From a virus (Duplodnaviria; Caudoviricetes), in the IMG/VR virus record IMGVR_UViG_3300035135_000701, positions 1-32,686 of that record: 32,686 nt of DNA; one strand, given 5' to 3'. A program made the position numbers and the translations under genes. Of the stretch, positions 25,996 through 32,686 are shown in pieces; positions within the stretch are counted from its first letter, which is position 1; each line of letters starts with the position of its first letter. Below the pieces are notes generated by a model that made no database searches, was not told the origin of the DNA, and saw nothing but the letters and a program-made list of their open reading frames with translations.

Positions 25996-26472
25996 ATGAA
26001 ATCATTCAAGCAAATCCTTGAATCTGTGCTTGAGTATGCTCCCGAAGCTACCTCTGAAGTAGAGATTATGCCCGAGATCAACGGTGATTCCGATGATCCC
26101 AAGGAAGTAAAACTGAAGAAGAAGCGTGTTAAGAAAGAATCTGCTTCTGATTCTGAGTACGTTCTTGAAATCGATGGCGTTGAGTATGATCTCCAAGAGG
26201 TCAAGATGGATGGCGTCGATGACAACGGTAACACTAAGTGCTGGAAAGGTTACAAGAAAAAAGGCACCAAAGTTAAAGGTGGCAAGGAAGTTAACAACTG
26301 TGTGAAGGCAGGTTTTGAACCTGAAGGCGAAGAAATCGCTGAGAAAAAACTTGATCCCGTCGGCAAAGAAGATGGTGATGTTGATAACGATGGTGACAAG
26401 GATAAGTCTGATAAGTATCTGATGAATCGTCGCCGTGCAATTGCTAAGGCAATTGGAAAAAAGAAAAAGTGA
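25996..26472 (+). CDS. Late hypothetical protein (charged, DxDxDG motif)
   Basis: MKSFKQILE start; CWKGY...NCVK module; DGDVDNDGD. Confidence 0.75.
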   Translation: MKSFKQILESVLEYAPEATSEVEIMPEINGDSDDPKEVKLKKKRVKKESASDSEYVLEIDGVEYDLQEVKMDGVDDNGNTKCWKGYKKKGTKVKGGKEVNNCVKAGFEPEGEEIAEKKLDPVGKEDGDVDNDGDKDKSDKYLMNRRRAIAKAIGKKKK

Positions 26473-26505
26473 GTCTAAATATCTCTAGTTAGATATTTTA
26501 TTGCT

Positions 26506-26712
26506 ATGCTCGCATTTTTACTCCCTCTCGCGTCTAAGGTAATTAGAGATGCCGTCGCCAACATTCCTGAGAATGAAGAACTCGGTGAGAAGTTGGTTGA
26601 GATCTGTCTTGTTATCTTGGGTAAAGCGGTTAAGTTAACCAAAACCGATATGGATGACCAGCTCCTAGAGGTGGTTAAGAAGGCAATGGTTGCCCGCGAA
26701 GAAGAAGCGTGA
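26506..26712 (+). CDS. Small helical hypothetical protein
   Basis: 68 aa ORF preceded by TCTAAATA (26474-26481) and followed by a terminator. Confidence 0.7.
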   Translation: MLAFLLPLASKVIRDAVANIPENEELGEKLVEICLVILGKAVKLTKTDMDDQLLEVVKKAMVAREEEA

Positions 26713-26715
26713 TAC

Positions 26716-26748
26716 AGAAGGGGCGGAACTACCGCCCTTTCTTTTTTT
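26716..26748 (+). terminator. Rho-independent terminator
   Basis: AGAAGGGGCGG-AACTA-CCGCCCTTTCT followed by a T run. Confidence 0.85.
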
Positions 26749-26755
26749 ATAAATA
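26748..26755 (+). promoter_or_regulatory. Late promoter TATAAATA
   Basis: Exact consensus fused to the terminator T-tract, before ATG 26784. Confidence 0.8.
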
Positions 26756-26783
26756 ATCCTAGACTGTAGTTAGACCTAGCATA

Positions 26784-27371
26784 ATGGCTGTCGATCCTAA
26801 CAATTGGAAACCCCAATTTAACGAGCGTGAGGAGCAGAGTACCATTACTCCTGTCCCCCAAACTAATGGTAGCATCCGTTATTTCCTTGGTAACTATGAT
26901 CTGCTTGGTACGATCGACCGCATCGGTATGGATGAGGCAGGTAAGTACAAGAAAGGCGTGACACCTCGTGCCCAGATTGTAGATGCTAACGGTGATGACG
27001 TTGATCACGCTGGAGCTGTGTTCCGCGTGATTATGAAAAACGAATCTGTTCTCCGTGTCCTCCTCCCTGAGGGTCACACTGGATCTGGTTTCTCTGAGGA
27101 GACGCCTCTGTTCCTGGAGTTCCGTACCGAGAATGCTGCTGACACTTACCGCCCTGCTAAGGGACGTGTAATCCTCAATTCTGGTCAGTGGGTGGAGATG
27201 ACTGCATCTGAAGTTGATGAGCATAACAAGCGTCAAGCTTCCGCTCACGCTTCTGCTGTTAGAGCTTCCAAGCCTGGTGTTCAAAACGTTCTTGCTGGTC
27301 GTGCAGATGAGCGCGGTCTTAACAATGACACTATCTCCCGTGATAGTATCAAGGGTCTGCCGACTCTCTGA
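26784..27371 (+). CDS. Late hypothetical protein
   Basis: 195 aa ORF with typical codon usage and its own late promoter. Confidence 0.75.
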   Translation: MAVDPNNWKPQFNEREEQSTITPVPQTNGSIRYFLGNYDLLGTIDRIGMDEAGKYKKGVTPRAQIVDANGDDVDHAGAVFRVIMKNESVLRVLLPEGHTGSGFSEETPLFLEFRTENAADTYRPAKGRVILNSGQWVEMTASEVDEHNKRQASAHASAVRASKPGVQNVLAGRADERGLNNDTISRDSIKGLPTL

Positions 27372-27373
27372 TT

Positions 27374-27381
27374 TATAAATA
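27374..27381 (+). promoter_or_regulatory. Late promoter TATAAATA
   Basis: Exact consensus before ATG 27403. Confidence 0.8.
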
Positions 27382-27402
27382 CTTAAAAACAGACTTAGTA
27401 AG

Positions 27403-27981
27403 ATGTCCCTTTACGCTTCTGAAGACAGCAATGCCGCAAAGGCATCTGTTGAAAAGACAATTGCCGCTGATGCTAGCGGTGCTACTGTTGTATTCATTGA
27501 CGCCACTGAGGCAGGTCTCGCTGCTAACCGTGAGCGTGGTCTCGTTTCTCCTGGTTGGTGGTCCTATCAGACTTACACTGACCACGCAGGTAACACCCGC
27601 CATAAGGCAGAGTGCCTGGTGAACATCCAAGGTCCTGAAGCTAACGCATCTGAGACCCAGGCAGACGACGCTATCGCAGCAGACGTTGCAGCAACCATTG
27701 CTATTGCTGTTCAACCTGCTGACGCTGCCGTTGCTGTTGGTGACGCAATGACCTTGACTGTCACTGCTACTTCTACACCTCCTGGCAACTCTTCTCTCCT
27801 CACTTTCCAGTGGCAGAAGAAAGATGGCAACCGTTTCAAGAACATCTCTGGCGCTACCGCGTACCAGTATCAGGTTGCTAGCTACGCTACCACAAATGCA
27901 GGTACTTACCGCGTGAAGATTAACTCCACCAACGGAGCATCTGAAGTCATCTCCGATACCGCTGTCATCACCACTGCATAA
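27403..27981 (+). CDS. Virion structural protein with C-terminal Ig-like domain
   Basis: QPAD...GDAMTLTVTA...FQWQK...NAGTYRVKI Ig I-set-like pattern; Ala/Thr-rich; late promoter. Confidence 0.75.
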   Translation: MSLYASEDSNAAKASVEKTIAADASGATVVFIDATEAGLAANRERGLVSPGWWSYQTYTDHAGNTRHKAECLVNIQGPEANASETQADDAIAADVAATIAIAVQPADAAVAVGDAMTLTVTATSTPPGNSSLLTFQWQKKDGNRFKNISGATAYQYQVASYATTNAGTYRVKINSTNGASEVISDTAVITTA

Positions 27982-27992
27982 TGAATTAGAGG

Positions 27993-28352
27993 ATGAGATT
28001 TGAATACCTAAATGATGAAAACTTCCTCTTATTCGCTTCAAAGCATTACGAGAATCCTCAAGGAATCACATATGATGACTTCCTTGAGGATTTAAAACGC
28101 TTTAAATATATCAAGAGATTGTTCAAACGATATGAGAAGACTGGTGAACTTAAAACTCATCTGATTCTTAATCATATTATCGTGTTGTATAATATCTTTG
28201 GTGATGCCACAACACCGATGCTATTCCACAAACTTGAGGAAAAGTATTGGGCAATACTTAAATCATTCCTGAAGTATATCAATCAACTCCCAGACGAATT
28301 GAACGATCCCTACTTCGATACATATACTTTAGAAGAACTAGACCTATTATGA
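27993..28352 (+). CDS. Conserved hypothetical protein
   Basis: YENPQ...FLEDLKRFKYIKRL...HLILNHIIVLYNIFG; GAGG SD. Confidence 0.8.
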   Translation: MRFEYLNDENFLLFASKHYENPQGITYDDFLEDLKRFKYIKRLFKRYEKTGELKTHLILNHIIVLYNIFGDATTPMLFHKLEEKYWAILKSFLKYINQLPDELNDPYFDTYTLEELDLL

Positions 28353-29014
28353 ATGAGGATGCACCTGTAAATTCCGCTGGCGATGGCAGTAGAGTTGCAC
28401 TGCCTCCTGCTCACGTCATAGTCGGAAAACGTTCACGCACTAAATATAAGAATAAGGACCGCAAGTATGACGGTCGTACTAAAGCAGGTCGTAAACTTGT
28501 ATCTCGTGTTCTACTGAATCGTAAGAGAAAAATGTCTGAGGAACTTACTAAACTTACCGAAGCCCCTACCGAGACTGAGCGTGCTCAAAAGCAAATCGCT
28601 CAACAGAAAAAACTCGGTCGTCAAAAAGAACTTCAAAAGAAGCGTGACGATGCTAAAGGTAAGATGCAGTCCAAAACCAAAGAGATGGACACTCTTATGA
28701 AAGCTCGCCTTTCTGATTTCAAAAAGAAGGCATCTGATCAACAAAAGAAACTTAAGAAAGAAGAATTTATTATGGAAAACGACGTTCTTACTATCGCTAC
28801 CCAACTCGCTGCTGGCGAGATCGGTGACACCCAGGGTTTTGCTGACGTTCAAGTCGGTGAGAAGTCTATGAAAATGGATGAGTATTCTGCCAAGCGTGCG
28901 GTTGCTGTCCATCAGGCATTGGATCCTGCGAATCAAATCAAGTTTCAGCAGATGCTGAACCAGTCCCCTGAATCTTATCTTGCTGCTATCGATTTCGCTG
29001 TTCGCCAAAACTGA
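28349..29014 (+). CDS. Hypothetical basic coiled-coil protein
   Basis: 221 aa, ATGA-coupled; K/Q-rich heptads. Confidence 0.7.
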   Translation: MNEDAPVNSAGDGSRVALPPAHVIVGKRSRTKYKNKDRKYDGRTKAGRKLVSRVLLNRKRKMSEELTKLTEAPTETERAQKQIAQQKKLGRQKELQKKRDDAKGKMQSKTKEMDTLMKARLSDFKKKASDQQKKLKKEEFIMENDVLTIATQLAAGEIGDTQGFADVQVGEKSMKMDEYSAKRAVAVHQALDPANQIKFQQMLNQSPESYLAAIDFAVRQN

Positions 29015-29022
29015 GGTGAACG

Positions 29023-29469
29023 ATGGACGCTACAGGAATCGCTATTCTAGAGCGGTTGGAAGCGGTAGTAACATCGCTTCAAGAAAATTCCATTAAGATG
29101 GGACAACTTCTCGCTGTGCACCAAGAGAAACTTGAGCAGCAAGAGAAGACAGATGATGTATTGTTCTCTAAGATAGATCACCTCCACAAAGATCTTCATC
29201 AGAAAACTGATGAGATCAAGACTGGATGTGAGCGTGATATTTTATTGGTTAAGAATCAGATTGAAGCGGTTGAGAAGAAAATTTATATTGCTGCTGGCGC
29301 TATTGCTGCCTTCGTTTTTGTGGGTCACCCTGCCGCACAGAAGTTTTTGGTCCCCTTGCTATCAGCAGAAGGTGGTGCTAGAATAGAACGATCGGTTCCA
29401 GTCACGGATGAACTACTTAGACCTTCAGTACGTGTCGCAGTTGTCCCCGCGGCTCCAGAATTTCGCTAA
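29023..29469 (+). CDS. Coiled-coil protein with C-terminal transmembrane segment
   Basis: GAGGTG SD; heptads followed by IYIAAGAIAAFVFVG. Confidence 0.7.
   Translation: MDATGIAILERLEAVVTSLQENSIKMGQLLAVHQEKLEQQEKTDDVLFSKIDHLHKDLHQKTDEIKTGCERDILLVKNQIEAVEKKIYIAAGAIAAFVFVGHPAAQKFLVPLLSAEGGARIERSVPVTDELLRPSVRVAVVPAAPEFR
29356..29384 (+). promoter_or_regulatory. Sigma70-type promoter for primase/nrdA (TTGCTA-N17-TAGAAT, extended -10)
   Basis: TTGCTA 29356-29361; TGCTAGAAT 29376-29384; 23 nt before the primase ATG. Confidence 0.55.
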
Positions 29470-30400
29470 GAAGAAAGACGGTCTATACAACTTCAGGTGC
29501 CCATACTGCGGCGACTCTGCTAAACGCAAGTCTAAAGCACGTGGGTACCTTTTTAGTACCAAGACTGGACTTGCGTACAAATGTCATAACTGTGGCACTT
29601 CTAAGGCGTTCCACAACTTCCTGAAGGACCAGGATAAAAGTTTGTGGGAAGCATACAACCTTGAAAAATTCAAGGAGAGTTCGGGCACCCGTAAGCGTAA
29701 GGTCATCGATACTACTGTTTTCAAAAAACCTGTCTTCAAAAACAAAAAAAAGATAGATTTGCCACGTCTATCTGAGCTAAATAAACAACACCCCGCTCGC
29801 GAGTACTTAACATCCAGAGGAATTCCTGAAGAAAAACTGTCAAAGTTCTATTTCGCAGAGAAGTTCAAGGCGTGGACAAATTCCTTGAAGCATACTTACG
29901 ATTCTATAGACAGTGAGGAGTCTCGGATTGTTATTCCTTTGTTAGATGAGGAAGGAAACCTCTTTGGTTACCAAGGTAGGTCACTGCAACCAAAAGACAA
30001 ACTGCGTTACGTCACTGTAATGCTATCTGATGATGTACCCAAAATTTATGGACTTAATGAAGTTGAAAAAACCTCCCCCGTCTACGTTACCGAAGGACCA
30101 CTCGACAGTAATTTCCTTGCCAACGCTATTGCTATGTGTGGTAGCGATGTTGACTTGCGCAATCTGGATTATCAGTTTGTCTTCGTCTTCGACAACGAAC
30201 CAAGAAACAAACAGATTGTTGAGAAGATTACAAGAGCCGCCCTCAACGGAGATAAGGTAGTCATATGGCCCTCCTCTGTTAAAGAAAAAGATATCAACGA
30301 TATGGTACTAGGTGGTCATAACGTTGAAAACGTGGTAAAATTGAACACCTACCAAGGACTAGAAGCTCAAGTAAAATTATCTGAATGGAAACGAGTATGA
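29408..30400 (+). CDS. gp61: DNA primase gp61
   Basis: Zn ribbon CPYCGD...CHNC; TOPRIM EGPLDS, FDNEPRN, KDINDM. Confidence 0.95.
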   Translation: MNYLDLQYVSQLSPRLQNFAKKKDGLYNFRCPYCGDSAKRKSKARGYLFSTKTGLAYKCHNCGTSKAFHNFLKDQDKSLWEAYNLEKFKESSGTRKRKVIDTTVFKKPVFKNKKKIDLPRLSELNKQHPAREYLTSRGIPEEKLSKFYFAEKFKAWTNSLKHTYDSIDSEESRIVIPLLDEEGNLFGYQGRSLQPKDKLRYVTVMLSDDVPKIYGLNEVEKTSPVYVTEGPLDSNFLANAIAMCGSDVDLRNLDYQFVFVFDNEPRNKQIVEKITRAALNGDKVVIWPSSVKEKDINDMVLGGHNVENVVKLNTYQGLEAQVKLSEWKRV

Positions 30401-32686
30401 TGGCGACCGAATCGCTAACAGTTGTTAAAAGAAATGGTCTTCCTGAACCTTTGTGTCTTGAGAAGATTCATACTATGGTAGAAGAAGCGTGTGCAAAACT
30501 CAGTGGAGTTTCAGCATCGCAGGTTGAGATGAATTCCAACCTTCAGTTCTTCGATGGCATCTCTACAGAGCAAATTCAAGACATTTTGATCCGTTCTGCT
30601 GCAGATCTCATCACTCTGGAGAATCCTAATTATCAGTACGTTGCTGCACGTCTGCTGACTATTTCTCTCCGTAAAAAATTATTTGGTAGGAATCGTAAGC
30701 ACCCTAAAATTTACGATCACGTCAAGAAAGGTGTTGATAAAGGCATCTATGATGACACCTTGTTAATGGCGTTCAATGATATTGAGTGGGAACGCCTAGA
30801 TAACTACATTGATTATGATCGCGACGATCGTTTTACCTATGCTGGTCTGCGCCAGGTGTGCGACAAGTATCTGGTACAGGATCGTTCGACAGGACAACTG
30901 TATGAGACCCCTCAACAGATGTATCTCCTGATCGCTGCGACGATTTTCTCTGCTTATCCCAGAGAAACTCGGATGAAGTACATCAGAGACTACTACGATG
31001 CAATCTCCAAGCACGAACTCAACCTCCCCACGCCAATTATGGGAGGAGTTAGGACTCCAATTCGACAGTATGCAAGCTGTGTTTTGGTTGACGTTGATGA
31101 CACCCTCGATAGTATCTTTACTAGCGATATGGCTATTGGCAAATATGTCGCTCAACGTGCGGGAATTGGTATCAACGCGGGTCGCATCCGTGGGATCAAC
31201 AGCAAGATCAGGGGCGGTGAAGTTCAGCACACAGGCGTTATTCCATTTCTCAAAAAGTTTGAGTCAACTGTCCGATGCTGCACACAAAATGGCATCCGAG
31301 GTGGAAGCGCAACAGTCCACTTCCCCATCTGGCACCAAGAAATCGAAGACATCCTGGTCCTGAAGAATAACAAAGGAACTGAAGACAACCGTGTCCGTAA
31401 GCTGGACTACTCTATTCAGATTTCTAAGCTGTTCTATCAGCGTTTCATTGATGATGATGAGATCACACTGTTCTCTCCTCACGAAGTCCCTGAGATGTAC
31501 GAGGAGTTTGGTTCTGAGTCCTTTGATGAAATGTATCTGGAAGCAGAACGCAATGATAGTCTGACTAAAAAGACAGTTCGTGCACAAGAATTGTTCCTTT
31601 CTCTGCTTAAAGAACGTGCAGAGACTGGTCGTATCTACATTATGAACATCGACCATTGTAATGAGCACTCATCTTTTGACACTCCTGTCAAGATGAGTAA
31701 TCTGTGTCAGGAGATTACCCTCCCTACTGATCCTCTACAGCATATTGATGGTGTTGGAGAGATTGCTCTCTGTATTCTGTCTGCTGTTAACCTCAGTAAG
31801 CTGAAGTCCTGGGGGCATCTGGAAAAACTTTGTGATCTTTCTGTTCGCTCCCTGGATGTGCTGATTGATTATCAGTCATACCCTGTAAAAGCTGCAGAAA
31901 ATGCCACCCGAGCCCGTCGTTCACTCGGCATCGGATTCATCGGACTGGCACATTATCTTGCCAAACTCGGTTTCAAGTACGATAGTTGGCAAGCACATAA
32001 AGCAGTACATATGCTGACTGAAAAGTTCCAGTATTTCCTGCTTAAATCTTCTAATCAGATTGCTAAAGAGTATGGTCCTTGTAGTGCTTTCGAGCAGACT
32101 AAGTATGCTCGTAAAGTCCTGCCCATTGATACTTACAAGCGAGATATTGATGAGTTCTGTGTTGATGATGAAGGAAACCAGTTTGAGCTGACAATGGACT
32201 GGGAGACATTGCGTGAAGACATCTGGAACTATGGTCTTCGTAACTCTACGTTGACTGCTCAGATGCCTTCGGAGTCTTCCAGCGTTGTTTGTGGCACCAC
32301 TAATGGTATCGAACCTCCTCGTGACTTCCTCTCTGTTAAGAAGAGTAAGAAAGGTGTTCTCAAGCAGATTGTTCCTCAGTATGGCAGTCTCAAGAATAAC
32401 TATACGTTGCTCTGGGATATGGAAGACAATGATGGTTACATCAAAGTCGTCTCTGTTATGCAGAAATTCTTTGATCAAGCTATCAGTGGCAACTGGTCAT
32501 ACAATCCTTTGAAATTTGAAGGTGGTGAAGTCCCCGTTTCTGTTATGGCACAAGACCTTCTTAAAACCTACAGATATGGTTGGAAAACATCTTACTACCA
32601 GAATACATATGACAATAAATCCGATACTTTAGAGGAAAAATCAGATCAAATTGCGTTGTTAGAACAAATTTTAGAAACCGAAGGAG
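30397..32686 (+). CDS. nrdA: Ribonucleotide reductase class Ia alpha subunit (3' truncated, not in ORF track)
   Basis: Open frame from ATG 30397/30400 to window end: VVKRNG ATP cone, PTPIMGG, ASCVL, NLCQEI, ALCILS, MPSESSS, GWKTSYY. Confidence 0.96.
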   Translation, partial: MMATESLTVVKRNGLPEPLCLEKIHTMVEEACAKLSGVSASQVEMNSNLQFFDGISTEQIQDILIRSAADLITLENPNYQYVAARLLTISLRKKLFGRNRKHPKIYDHVKKGVDKGIYDDTLLMAFNDIEWERLDNYIDYDRDDRFTYAGLRQVCDKYLVQDRSTGQLYETPQQMYLLIAATIFSAYPRETRMKYIRDYYDAISKHELNLPTPIMGGVRTPIRQYASCVLVDVDDTLDSIFTSDMAIGKYVAQRAGIGINAGRIRGINSKIRGGEVQHTGVIPFLKKFESTVRCCTQNGIRGGSATVHFPIWHQEIEDILVLKNNKGTEDNRVRKLDYSIQISKLFYQRFIDDDEITLFSPHEVPEMYEEFGSESFDEMYLEAERNDSLTKKTVRAQELFLSLLKERAETGRIYIMNIDHCNEHSSFDTPVKMSNLCQEITLPTDPLQHIDGVGEIALCILSAVNLSKLKSWGHLEKLCDLSVRSLDVLIDYQSYPVKAAENATRARRSLGIGFIGLAHYLAKLGFKYDSWQAHKAVHMLTEKFQYFLLKSSNQIAKEYGPCSAFEQTKYARKVLPIDTYKRDIDEFCVDDEGNQFELTMDWETLREDIWNYGLRNSTLTAQMPSESSSVVCGTTNGIEPPRDFLSVKKSKKGVLKQIVPQYGSLKNNYTLLWDMEDNDGYIKVVSVMQKFFDQAISGNWSYNPLKFEGGEVPVSVMAQDLLKTYRYGWKTSYYQNTYDNKSDTLEEKSDQIALLEQILETEG

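Noticed and set aside
5779-29008. Long minus-strand ORFs (e.g. 5779-6543, 7643-8428, 16575-17339, 26475-27284, 27373-28041, 28511-29008)
   Set aside because: Antisense shadows of well-supported + strand genes; no motifs, SD or promoters
30397-32686. Intron/intein in nrdA (absent from ORF track)
   Set aside because: Frame reads open with normal motif spacing; missing from the track only because the stop is beyond the window

Overview
This window is the core DNA replication/recombination module of a T4-like marine cyanophage (cyanomyovirus). All credible genes are on the + strand. Gene order: 3' end of uvsW, gp55 late sigma, gp47/gp46, VWA-peptidase + 'CobS' AAA ATPase, gp45/gp44/gp62 clamp and loader, a Dam-like methylase, regA, hsp20, gp43 polymerase, uvsX, gp41 helicase, mazG, a late-promoter-driven block (nuclease-like, ligase-like, cytidylyltransferase-like and several putative head-packaged proteins), gp61 primase and most of nrdA. 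No tRNA, CRISPR, intron or intein was seen. Main unexplained signals: (1) recurrent +1-frame ORFs encoding membrane-like peptides nested in core genes, several with their own SD or late promoter and locally atypical host-frame codons; (2) a late operon of PD-(D/E)XK-like nuclease, KxDG ligase-fold protein and nucleotidyltransferase behind a promoter-in-loop, SD-sequestering hairpin; (3) a ROSE-like thermometer hairpin in the hsp20 leader and a possible small RNA just upstream; (4) a perfect-consensus antisense sigma70 promoter upstream of gp55. All family assignments come from motif recognition by eye; no database search was run.
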